NCBI RefSeq assembly: GCF_009914755.1
Contig: NC_060930.1
Origin: the human T2T-CHM13v2.0 reference genome, Homo sapiens
Length of the DNA: 64,000 nucleotides
Direction: 5' to 3' (one strand)
A program made the translations under genes and the position numbers. This document shows, piece by piece, positions 28,421 to 50,291 of the stretch. Numbering within the stretch: the first letter of the stretch is position 1; each line of letters opens with the position of its first letter. The notes beneath the pieces were generated by a model. The model was not told the origin of the DNA. It made no database searches and saw only the letters and a program-made list of their open reading frames with translations.

Positions 28421-28773
28421 TAATTTTTATTATCGTATCTAATGATCAATTTATAGATTTGAGGTAATTCCTGTTCTTGGGTGATGGCTATATATTTTCA
28501 TTTAAAATGATACCATTTTAAGGATGTATCTGCAGAAACTAATTTTTAATAATCTTAACCCAACCAGAAGCTGTCATAATGAGCTGCTGATCTCTACTAT
28601 GCTATTAGTTTGTATAGGTAGATATGACTTTTAGAGATCTCTAATGGACATGATAAAGCTTGAAGAATAATTGTAGAACAACTAAACCAATATATGCGTA
28701 GTCAAGAAACTTGAGATGTACTTTGTAAGGAGGAAATATTTACCAGAACTCAAATGTTATTTCACAGAACAAT

Positions 28774-29138
28774 TATCTTAGTGAGTTTGCGCTGCTATAA
28801 CAGAATACCATAAACTGGGGGGCTTAGACAACAAATATTTATTTCTCACAGTTTTTGAGGCTGGAAGTCCAGGATCAAAGTGCCAGAATGGTTGGGTTCT
28901 GGTGAAGGCTTTCTTTTTTGTTGCAGACTGCAGACTTCTCATGGTATCTACAGATGGTGGAAAGAACGTGAAAACTCTCCCAGGGTCTCTTTTATAAGGG
29001 CACTAATCCCATTCATGAGGGCTCTACTCTCATGACTTAAATAACTCCCAAAGGCCCCGTTTCCTAATACCAGCACATTGAGGGTTAGGATTTCAACATA
29101 TGAATTTGGGGGGAACACAAATATTCAGTCCCTAAAAC
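28774..29138 (-). mobile_element. MLT1A solo LTR
   Basis: tcttagtgagtttgcgctgctataacagaatacc...ggcactaatcccattcatgagggc...tttcaacatatgaatttggggg. Confidence 0.88.
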
Positions 29139-31152
29139 CCAGGATTGAAGTCATGCTGTGAGGTTGGGACAAGAGATTGAGGGGCTGAGGACAGTGGCAA
29201 AGGAGGATCTGAAACAATAGATCTGGCAGGTTGGGCAATGAAATGAGCAAGAAGAGAGGTGAAAGCTGGGGAGAAAATATGAGGTGGAAACCTCCATGAG
29301 GTTCCAGGGTGCATGTTTGAAAATAGGGAGCAGGAAAGCTGGCATATTCAGGGAGTGTGAGTCTCAGAACTGAAGATTATAGAGATAGAGCTGGAGAAAA
29401 ACAATAAACTAACCTTAAGGAAAGAGACTGGCTATAATCTGGACTTGCAAAGAGGCAGGGGAAAGAAGTTGGCAAGTCTGTCATAATACAATCAGCAAAG
29501 GTTAGCTATTTTAACCCAGAACTTGAGAGCCTTTAGAAACATATATATGAACATATCTAAAATATGTAAAGAACATATATAAAAACATATGCATATGTTT
29601 TTGAAGGCTCTCAAGTTCTGGGTTAAAATGTATAGAGATGATTTCATTCTTATATATATATGTATATATATATATATTTACTTAATTTGTGAGCCAAACA
29701 AGTGGAAGCTTCATTTTTTAGCGGAAGATCTTCCAGGAAGTCACATATAATTTGGAGGCTTCTTTTTATCCTAGATGAATAGATTCATTGCATTCTATAA
29801 TTATAAGAGTATTAAGTTTTGTAATGTATACTGAATTGATACATTGAAATTAAGATTAAGCAGACCATGAGAATGAAAACACTTTGCTTTCTGTTGATAA
29901 TTAAAAGGCCTCTTATTTCTCCTGGGAAGAAAGTGTCAGACTACTAGCGGGTAGAAGCCTGCTGTTTGGAAATGACTGCCACTGGCTGCCATGACCTTTG
30001 GGGAGGGACTTGTGGACATCTGGGCCACTCTACCTGCCACCAGCGCTAACCCCAGTATTGGTGAGGGTTTCAAAATGCCAGGCTTTGTCCAATGAATGTT
30101 TTTGAAAATGTTTCTCCCTGAAATATGTTGAAACCATCTTTAATGGCTCTAAATCGCACACACTTAGCTTCATTTGGAAGGAGCTTGAATTCTCTAATTA
30201 ATCACAATTAGAAGCCACATTATAAATGAAAAGGCTTAATAAAGAATTAATGACAAATTGTACTTCAGATGTTGGGGATGTAAGAGGTAACATTATCATT
30301 AACATTATGGAGGTTTTATCCCAACACATGCTCCTGGTGATTATGATTTCATGTTGTTTAATGTTTTCTAAATCAATTATGCTGTCTGTGGTGATTGTAA
30401 ACTATATAAACCTAAAACACAGAGATGAAGCTCTCAAACCAGTGTAAAGAAATGGTTTTTGTCATTTCAGGCTCACCCCATGGATGCAGTTGCATGTGTG
30501 TTTTAAACAGTCTAGAGTACATTTCCTTCATTTTCCATTTCTGAAACTCTGATTTCTGGCACAAATAGCAAAGCAGAACTAAGTGAAATTTGCAGTGCCT
30601 GAGGATCTTCAAAGGAGTTTTCTAAAGGTATCATGAATTGATAACTGATAGACTCAGCCATGCAGAGCATTTGTTTGTTGCCTCTGATGGTTCGGATCTT
30701 TCCTTTTAAAAACAAATTCTTTTTGAATAATAAAGAACATCAAATAAAACCTCATGCTAGTGCTCCAGATGCTGGCACTCTTTAGCAGTTAAGCTCTGCT
30801 CCCAAGATTTAGAGGGAATTGCTGATTGTAATTTACTAAAAATACTTTGAAGTCTAACTTTAAAGAACTAGGAACTCTCAGGATAGTTTGTATTAATTAA
30901 TTAACTAGTTACTGCTGTTGTGGGGAAGTTTCCAACCAATAAATCTAACACACCATCTTAGGGAACAGAGTTTTAGTGGTTGACATAGTATTTAAAACAT
31001 TTAGCTTGATAAATTTGCCTTTGTTCTAAGAATAAATACTGGATTTTTGATTGGAGAGGACAGAAAATACATTTTCTCTTAAAATATGTCTATCACTACT
31101 GGCCTGGGTTGTAGTAATTGGAGAATGGACAAGTATCTTTTTATAAAAAGGT

Positions 31153-33937
<2,785 letters not shown>

Positions 33938-35599
33938 TTAAAAAATTATTTAAAGCTTTACATACTTCTTACGGAAAACCCATAAAATATAACCAAAAAC
34001 AGCCTAAACCATTCCACATAAAGAAAACTATGTATTCTAAATAGTTTAGTACTCATACTTCTTGATGTATATATCCTATTCTGTGTTATCTTATGGCACA
34101 GTGCCTTGTCTTCTGTCTTGTCTGACTTTCAACTCTTACCATTTATACCCGTACCATAGCCTTAACTGAATGCACCTTTGGTGTTTGAAGATTCACATTC
34201 CAAAAACTGAGATAATTGGGACAATGAATACGTACACTGTGAATAGTTTCATGCATTATGTACTTGAATAGATACTAGTTATGAATGGTCACTCAGTGGC
34301 AATAACCATGAAGTGACCTATTTGGAACATGGAATAATGGTCCGTAAACCTTAAAAAAATTCTAGACAAACATGCTTAGTGCACATCTATCATGTTTTTC
34401 CTGTGGCATATTCTCTTTTCTACTAAACCTGTTTATCATTCATATCTCATCTTTTATCTGTGTTTAATAGAAATTTTATATTTTCTATTCTGGTTAGAAT
34501 ATCTTTTGTTTTAAATCTTAGATATTATTCTGAATGTTTAATACTGGTTATTGGATTGTGGGTTTATCTCAGACAGTTAATTGGAAACGAAACTGGACCA
34601 AGACAATGATAGCATCTCTGCTCAGTAATCATTAATCCTAATGCTCTGTGATACCCTCTAGGGACTCACATCATGGGTATTCTGGGCTCATTATTGACTT
34701 TTTCTTAGAAATGGGCAGTCTGGGGAACCTTGAGTACATTTTGATTTTGTTTTTGGTGTTAGGCTTAAGAATGTTCAAATGGCACCAGAACACAGGACCT
34801 GCATGGTTCTACAGATTAATGACAGCAAGAAGACCTGTCCAGTTTGCTTTGCTTCAAGACATTTAAGTAGCTTCTGAGGCCAAACTCATGATGTTAACAC
34901 ATTTAATTAATTAAAGTCAGTTGAGAATTCAAAGCAGAAGGCAGAAAGGAAATTGATACAATAATTTTTTTCTCCACATACATCTGAATATTGTCTTAAA
35001 TTAAGTAAATTGAATAGGTCATGCTGAAAGTAGTCATGGCTAATACAGCACTAGCACGTGATCCACTAGTAGAAAGGAACTCCTCTCCTCCTAGTAAACA
35101 TAATGTATTGCTTAATTCTGGAGTGGCCCTGAAAGCCAGCAGCAGAAGAGTTGCCTGATTGGCAAATGATCTGAATGATCAAGATGGTTTCAGTGAGAAC
35201 TGTCAACCCCTCCCCTGGATGCACTTGTGTGGGCAATAGCAGGATTGGGTTGGGTCAGCAGGGGGTCAGGAAAGAGCCAGACAGATGTCCGGGTCTGAAT
35301 TAAGCCAGTGATTTGGGAGCCAGAAAATGAAGACCAGGGAGTCAGTAGTTGACTGTGGCCAAGAACAAGATGGAGATCAGGAAGCCAGGACATCAGACCT
35401 GTATGGAGAGGGATAATCAGGCCTGGGTGGTGAAGAATGAAAGAATGAGAGGTTTAGAAGTTGAGTTAACTTGCAGATCTGGCATAGCACAAGCAAGCAA
35501 ACTGTGAGTAAGAATCGAACCAGCAAATGTGCAAGTCATTTATGGTGTTTTGTGCTTCTTCTCTGGCAGGGTTGGGCTTGTAGTATTTTTCCAAGTAAC

Positions 35600-35820
35600 T
35601 CCGGGGGTCTGTTCCAAATTCCTGCATCTTCTGTTTGTCAGCTATGTACCCTTGGGCAAATTACGTAATTTCCCTAAGGTTTAATTTCTTTGCCTATTAA
35701 TGAGGGATGCTATTGCCTACATTCCATGGATTTTCTGAAAGTGTGTTCATTTTGGGATAATTCACTGGCAAACTTAAGACTTAAGTACTTTTCTGATCAT
35801 ATGGTATGTATCAATATGTT
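35600..35820 (+). mobile_element. MIR SINE
   Basis: ttccaaattcctgcatc...gctatgtacccttgggcaaattacgtaatttccctaagg. Confidence 0.6.
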
Positions 35821-35889
35821 TATTTGAAATATTTAATGTGTTTAATTTTTTTTTGCTTATTTAAAAAATATATTTATTTTAACAATGTA

Positions 35890-36184
35890 GGCTGGGAACA
35901 GTGGCTCACACCTGTAATCCTAGTACTTTGGGAAGCCAAGGCAGGTGAGTAGCTTCAGCCCAGGAGTTTGAGGCCAGCCTGGGTAACATAGTGAGACTCT
36001 GTCACTACAAAAAATAAAAAAATTAGCTGGGTATGGTGGCGTGCATGTTAATTCCAGACACTTGGGAGGCTGAGGTAGGAGAATCTACTGAGCTGGGAAG
36101 TCGAGGCTGCAGTAAACTGCGATCACACCACTGCACTCCAGCCTGGGCGATGGAACAAGACTGTGTCTCCAAAAAAAAAAAAAA
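35890..36184 (+). mobile_element. AluJ
   Basis: gcttcagcccaggagtttgagg...gtcgaggctgcagt J diagnostics; poly-A. Confidence 0.9.
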
Positions 36185-36497
36185 TTATACCTGTGTGTGT
36201 GTGTGTTCCTGGCAGATAGTAGAAACTACTGTTTTTAGATGGTTTAAGAAATGATGTAGGGAGCAGAAGTTTTAAGTAGATTTTTCATAAAATCTTATAT
36301 TTGAGCAAATTCTTTCAACTCATCTATAATTAACCAAGCTTGTTTGATATATGGCCATTTGCTTCTTTAAACACAGGCAAATGCTTCTTTCTTTGTGAAG
36401 GCTATAGGATTACAGTTGGGCCTATGCAATACCAAACAGTAAAATAATCAGATAATTAAATATTTGGGCTGCTACAATGAATCAGACACCCAGATAG

Positions 36498-36804
<307 letters not shown>

Positions 36805-37418
36805 TATATATCTTTGTTTAGCTAAATTGTTAAATTTAAATTCTGCTCTTTGGAATTATGAAACTACAATTTTCCAGATTATGGAAAATTATGTCATGCT
36901 ACTAAGTGCTAAGGGCCAAAAAACTTCCATGGCCAACTGAATTTGGGTAACTTATAATGTTTACTTCTGTAGAAGTAAATGGAATTTTGCACTTTTTTTG
37001 AAATTGAACCATATTCTCATGAAGGTAGTTGAGATATGTAAACATTTTTTGACTCACAGTTTGGGTTGAAAGAGAAGATTTGGTGGTTAATTGATATTGG
37101 TATTCCTACAAAGTAAGAAATTATAATTTCCTCAATTCTTAGGCCACAATTACTACTTTATTTGGAAATTAGGAATTTCCTTTTACGATTCCATCTAATA
37201 GACTTCAAATTTTTCAAGGATGGTAGCTTTATATATTTATGCTCCCAGCTTTTGTACTTAGTAGGGGTTAAGTAAATAAATAATAGGCCAGACTATAAGT
37301 ACTTGAAAGAAGTTTGGGATTTTTATTGAAACTATATGAAAGGTAGGCATTTTGATGAACTTTTAATTCTTCTGGATGGCTAAGAACTATGGAATTTGAG
37401 AAGATAATTTACAAGTAA

Positions 37419-37772
37419 TGTATTAGTCCATTTTCATACTGCTATGAAGAAATACCCAAGACTGGGTAATTATATAGAAAAAAAGTTTTAATAGACTCAT
37501 AGTTCCACATGGCTGGGGAGACCTCACAATCATGGCGGAAAGTGAAGGAAGAGCAAAGGCATGGCAGCAGGCAAGAGAGTGTGTGCAGGGAAATTGCCTT
37601 TTATAAAACCATCAGATCTTGTGAGACTTACTCACTATCACGAGAACAGCACAGGAGAAACACGCCCCCGTGATTCAGTTACCTCCCACTGGGTCCCTCC
37701 CATGACACATGGGGATTATGGGAGCTACAATTCAAGATGAGATTTGGATGGAGACACAGCCAAACCATATCA
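37419..37772 (-). mobile_element. THE1C-like solo LTR
   Basis: tgtattagtccattttcatactgctatgaag...cagccaaaccatatca; TSD agtaa/agtag. Confidence 0.93.
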
Positions 37773-37984
37773 AGTAGTGTTTCAGAATTCTTTTGGCCCT
37801 TGCAAGGTATTGGTAAGAATGAAGATTTTCATTCTCACAGAAGCCATTTCTTTCTAGTCCCTCCTTTCATTCACTGGAACTGCCGAAAACATTCACAAGT
37901 GATAATCTCTGAAGTAGTCTGTCTGCCCTCTGCCTAATATTTGTCTTCTGCTCTGAAAGTTCTTTCTAAAACACGAGTCTAAAT

Positions 37985-38206
37985 TAGGGGTCAGCAGACT
38001 TTTTCTGTAAAGGGCCAGATTGTAAACATTTTAGGTTTTATGGGCCGTATAGGCCTGGTGTCTATTGCAACTACTCAATTATTTCCCTTTATAGAGCAAA
38101 GGCAAACACAGATAACTTACAAAGAATGAGTGTGGCTGTGTTCCAATACTACTTTATTTATAAGAATGGCAGATTTGGCCCTCAGACTATTGTTTGCTGA
38201 CTCCTG
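37985..38206 (+). mobile_element. MER58A (hAT-Charlie) inside an L2 fragment
   Basis: aggggtcagcagactttttctgtaaagggccagat...gtgtggctgtgttccaata...tttgctgactcctg. Confidence 0.85.
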
Positions 38207-38661
38207 ATTAAAGTCATGTTACCACATTACTGAAAATCTCTTGATGGGTTTCCATTGCAACAGAATAAAGTTCAATATATTTAGCCTAGTATACAGCAGT
38301 CTGTAATTCTACCCCAGTCTTTCTACCATTATTTTCAACTACATCTCAAACCATCCTCCATTATAATTTACTGATTACATTCTGAGTGGCTTACCCACCA
38401 ACAGGGATTTATGGTCTTCAGCAGCCCTGTTATCGTACACCCTCAACTAAACCAACATCTTTGCTACAGCTAATCCTGGTTTAGGACCAGATATTTGATT
38501 CTATAGGCACTGAGGTAGTTTGAATCATAATTCCCAAATCTTAACTAATAACCAGAGATGCCTATGTTTAACCTACTGGGTTGTCATCAGAAAGTGGGCA
38601 TGTAGTATCCATGTGTATAGGTTGTGTAAACAATTCAGACTGCTAATTTTTAATATACATC

Positions 38662-39152
38662 TTCTTTTTTAAAGGGTAGCATAAATATTTGTCATTTATA
38701 ATTGATGACAGTTGGGTATGTAGTCTTCATACTTCACCTTTCTTTTCTGAATGTAAAAAAATTATGTGTTTTAAACATCCATTGGCTGGTTATGTTTTCA
38801 GAATACATGGTTAGATTAATTCATTAATGGTGCCTTCAAATTTTCCTTTGTTAGCTCCAGAAAATTCACTCACCTTTTATTCCATTTTTAAAAAGTGGAA
38901 AGTTGGCATGCATTAGACTTCCACTCTGAAGTAACATCCTGACAGCCATCTATATCTACCTCAAGGAACACCACTCTGGTATACTTTTCAGAGAGAGAAT
39001 GCAAGAAAGGCTTGATCATTTTGCAAGGCCTGCACCACGAGTCTAAAGAGGCAACTACTATGAGTTTATCTCCTGCGCTGTCCAGGCTTCCTGAGAAGCA
39101 TGTTTCTTTTCACCTGCTTCACTGTTTTGGGTACTAGAGTCCGACAAGTGAC
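38662..39152 (-). pseudogene. TXN: Processed thioredoxin pseudogene (CDS equivalent 39125-38811)
   Basis: Minus strand reads VKQ...[47 protein letters not shown]...SEFSGANKGKFEGTINELI*, colinear with TXN mRNA including 5'UTR (gtccttagggtcacttgtcggactc) and 3'UTR; intronless; ATG->ACA, 1-nt deletions, premature TAA, A-rich tail remnant. Confidence 0.93.
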
Positions 39153-39356
39153 CCTAAGGACATTTTCAACTCTGCGTTATTGAACATATTCATCAAATTC
39201 TTTAGCAAATTCAAAATGGTAGTAGCTATTTAAGTTTCTTAAATACATAGTTGGTGGAGGAGGACTGAAGTGTGACAGTACCCAAATTTATCATTACCTG
39301 TTATTTTCACCAAGAAACATTTTCAGTTCTGAAGATGATTAAAAAAATCCATTAAA

Positions 39357-39710
<354 letters not shown>

Positions 39711-39942
39711 TTAATAAACAGGGTTAACAGAAAAGAAAAAAATATTGTTTTGGTTTAAAGCTTCTTAATTTTTGAGTGTTTCTTCATTTGTTCCATGAAT
39801 ATTTATTGCTGATCTACTATGTTTGATATTCTGGAATATATAGATGTTAAAGATGTTATGAATAAATACCTGTGACCAGTATTTTGGATATTGCCCCAAT
39901 GAACATTTAAAACAAATCCCATAACCTGGCCCTCTGACTGTA

Positions 39943-39944
<2 letters not shown>

Positions 39945-39988
<44 letters not shown>
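39945..39988 (+). repeat. (TG)22 microsatellite
   Basis: Perfect dinucleotide run. Confidence 0.97.
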
Positions 39989-39990
<2 letters not shown>

Positions 39991-41059
39991 GTGGTGAGAC
40001 AGTGTTGGGGATTGCGCATTTTAAGTGCTGTCTTATGTGGAAAAACACTTAAAGATGATGCTGTAGTTATTTCAGCGAAGTAGTCCTTGATGTTGTATTT
40101 GATATGATGCATTTTGTCAGTTGGTTTCTCAGTGTTAATGTCTCTACCAGATTAACTCATCAACTTTTAGAATACTAGCCACATTTAACTCTAATTAATT
40201 CTCAAATGAAAGATGACATATTTAATCAAGGGAAATACATCAATGACCATTTGAAAATACGTTTTTGAAAGTGACTTCGCCAATCAGATGGTATCTTGAA
40301 GAAATACTCTGTACAATGTAAACATGAAGTTGGCTTTTATCAGATGTAGATTATCTTCCTTATTCCTTGACCAGTGATGATTTGGGAAAGGGCATTGACT
40401 GCACCACAAAGGGAAGGCTCTTGCACAGGGCCAATGGGGGTGACTAATGCTCAAGTGCTGGGTGTGGTTTCTCTCTGTCTTGGGGTCCACCTCTCTTGAG
40501 AGCCTCCTCTTAATGGCCACTCAGTTGATAGCCTGTTTTCCAAGAACAATTTTGGGCTCAGAATTCTAGACCAGCTATCTCTGCTCTGGGCATGAGCAAA
40601 TGTACTATTGCTCTGTTTTTCTCTTTGGCTGGTTCTGTATTAGTCTTCCTTTCTTAAGAGTGGGAGTACCTCATATTTGGTTGAGGGTATGGGAGGGAGT
40701 GGGCAAAGCAGACCATTTTTGTTGTTTTGGCTCCAGGTTTCATATACTTTCCTGACCCCTTGGCATAAGGAGTCCCTTGGTGGCCTACCACAGCTTATAG
40801 TGCTGGGCCACAGGCTTAGAGAAGTAGGGTGTTTACTTGATGGCCATTTCCCTCTGTGCACATATTTCCTTCCATGTATATGTACTTCTCAGACCCTGCA
40901 TGGAGAAGAGACAGTTTGAGGACAGAATTTTGAATTAAGTTCCCATGACTAAGCCATGTTTTCATTTGTTTTTATGACCATAAATCTGTATCCCTTATTG
41001 ATATAACTTATGTGTGCTTTAAAGGAACCTAGACCTTCAGGTATAGTTGAGTAAATAAC

Positions 41060-41440
41060 TAAATTTTATTTATTTTCATATTATAAAATGCTGTATACAT
41101 GGAAAAAATCAAACAATAAAAAATAAGTTAAAAGTGATTATTCTATTTGTAACCTAATGTTTCAATTGCCAGAGGTAATGCCTTTCAGTAGTTTCTAATG
41201 TATGTCTTCAACATTTTGTATGCATATACACCAAAGCATAATTTAGAGGCATACAAAAGAAATTAAAATATAATTATTTAAAAAATACATACCACAAATG
41301 AGATTAAGCAGTTGTGTAATCTGCTTTTTAAAATTTAGCAATATCTTAAAGATTGTTTCATAGCAGTACATAGAGAGCTACCTCAATCTTTTAATGGCTG
41401 CATTCTTTTCACAGCAGAGATGTACAATAATTTATTCAAT
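41060..41440 (-). mobile_element. L1ME-type fragment (target of the full-length L1)
   Basis: cagtacatagagagctacctcaatcttttaatggctgcat...gtacaataatttattcaa. Confidence 0.6.
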
Positions 41441-41453
41441 GAATGGTTGATTA

Positions 41454-47932
<6,479 letters not shown>

Positions 47933-48889
47933 GAATGGTTGATTACTTTAAAGATAATAAGTAGGTTATTGAACAGAGAATACTAAACTGAAGTTATTTC
48001 TCCCCGAGTAAAGATCTTTTTCAAACCTACCTCTCTTTTTTTTTCCTGGAAAATAAAATTTCAGCTCTACATTGTTGTTGGAAGTGTGAGTTTTGGAGAT
48101 GCTAATATTAACATCAGTTGGAACAACAACAATGAAAAGAATTACAACAACAAAAGTTGTGGTTGGATAATATCATAAGGTATTAATCCATGTTTTGAGT
48201 ATTTATTTCTTCTGTAGTATCCTGACAGACCCTCCTTTTAGACTGTTGTGTAGACAACTGCCACCTGCATCTGAAGCAGCCCCAAAGACCAGGAAATTTT
48301 TAAAGAGAGGCCAGTGGCTAAAATGACAGGGAGATTCAGAGAGGTTCTCTGAGCTCTCAGAAACTAGGTAATACTTGGGCTGGGGAAGAGAGAAAGGAGA
48401 GGCAAAAGAACTACTCATAAGAGAGGAAAGAATATGGGCAAAACTGGGGAGAGGAACAGAAGAGAACCACTCTGGGAGCTGAGTGAATGTGAACTCTGCT
48501 CTGAGTGAGCTCCTGTTCCCAGGACTCTCCCTGGTGTCTGGTTGTTTCTCTCCCCTTCCTTCTGTTCTTTATTTCCTGTGATCAGTCTTGGAAAGGAAAG
48601 TTGTTATTATTGCTGGGGAGCTGGGACATCCTAGGGTGGCCTTATCCCCTGACCAAAGCAGGACAAATGAAGTGGTTGGAAATATGCTGGTGAGCTAGCT
48701 CTGTAGTGGGCACACAGGTCTCATACTCAACACTGTAGTCAAAACGCACAGAACACAGATGTGAACAAAGACGCTTTGAGAAATGAAGTTAGTATGGACA
48801 GCTCTTTTAAGTTTGCTATAAAGAGGAGCAGAGAAATGAGACTATTGGGTTAAAGGAAGGTGGTAATACACTATCAATCAAAATACAGC

Positions 48890-49165
48890 AATTCGTATAT
48901 TTGAAGGCTGACTATGTGCAGATGTTGAGTTGAGCATTTTATATATATTATCTCAATTAACCATATGGGAGATAGGTAGCTAACTAGCTAGATTAGATTG
49001 CTGGGGAAAATAAAATTTTTCTAATTTCACAGATGAAGAAGTTGAGGAGGCTTGGGATTTTTATGAAGCCACTTGTCTAAGGTTTCACAGCTAGTTAAGG
49101 AGAGTCAATATCTGAATTCAGGCAATCTCACTCTAGAGCCCAGACTCTTAACCACTGAACCACTT
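48890..49165 (-). mobile_element. MIR SINE
   Basis: tttcacagatgaagaagttgagg...cacagctagttaagg...gaattcaggcaatctcactctagagccc. Confidence 0.7.
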
Positions 49166-49193
49166 CCCTTGATTAGTAGGAAAGTTTATATTA

Positions 49194-49273
49194 TTAGGTT
49201 GATGCAAAAGTAATTGCAGTTTTTGCCATTACTTAAAAAAGGCAAAACCACAATTACTTTTGCACCAACCTTA
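49194..49273. mobile_element. MADE1 (Hsmar1 mariner MITE)
   Basis: 80-bp palindrome ttaggttgatgcaaaagtaattgc...caattacttttgcaccaacct. Confidence 0.93.
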
Positions 49274-49767
49274 GAAGAGTGTATACATTCTCTGACTGAG
49301 GATGGGTCAAAGATAGGTGTAAAAAGGAATGCAATTGAAGGAGAGTGCTGGAGTTGTCTAGACTATGCCGTCTTCATATTTTTTGAGAAAGATAAGCTAG
49401 CGAAGTCACCTTAAAGTCATCTAGGGCAAACAATACAATTCAACTGGTGGAACTGGATTTAGACGGGAGGTGAGAGGATGATAGAGCTCAGCGCAGAGGC
49501 CTATGAGCCTCAGATGCTGGGTAGTTTTGGAGAGAGCAATTTTGTTTGAACATGAATGTTTTGCTTGAAACCCTGACAAAAGATCTTGTTTTCCTTAAAG
49601 ACTGGGGCCTCAAAGAAGAATCTTAAGATGTTCTTCATGACTATATTTTGCATTTGTAATTTGTTACTTATCTACTGCCTAGACTGAAAATACTTTTTTT
49701 TTTCACAGTAAAGTGACTTGTGCATATGAATGGGCCATTTGAAATATCAAAGTGAGCCCAAGGAGGC

Positions 49768-50291
49768 AGTGGTGCTAGTGATTGTTTGCCACCCCAGCAT
49801 CCTTGTTTCCTTCTGCCAACAGCTCCAAGTTTCATTTAGGTGCCTCTCTCTACTTCCACCTGAGGCCTCAGACAATTATTTCCTTATAGTTCTGTGGCTA
49901 CAGTGATTGGCTTAGCCGTGGACATGTGACCTAAGCTACTTCAAAAGAAATGTGTCAGAGTTTTTTTGGGCATGCTGGAACACAGATTTTTCTTTTGTCC
50001 ATTGGGTTTGAACCTGGGAGGATTTAACCCTAACTGCTGCTGGCAACCTGCTGACCAGAGGGGACAGCCTGTGTAAAAAGGAAGTTTTCATATATGGGTA
50101 AGCAGAACCAGTTCTAGAAATAAAGAGTATTGGTTCTGTTTTCATTACTTTATTCCTTTTATCAAGCCATATCTGAGGCACGTCCTTCCCTGGACTTTGC
50201 TGTTAGAGGAGACAAAATTTTAACTTTTTACTTAGTTCACTTGTGATTGGGGTTTCTGTCATTTGCAACCAAAATAATCCTAGTTGATACA
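49768..50291 (+). mobile_element. MLT1J/K/L-like LTR
   Basis: gtgattggcttagccgtggacatgtgacc; 3' end tttctgtcatttgcaaccaaaataatcctagttgataca. Confidence 0.7.

Noticed and set aside
48200-48750. Possible ancient LTR-like sequence (also about 480-785, 18170-18800, 29140-29500, 35180-35470)
   Set aside because: Composition is suggestive, but I cannot assign a family or termini without a Dfam search
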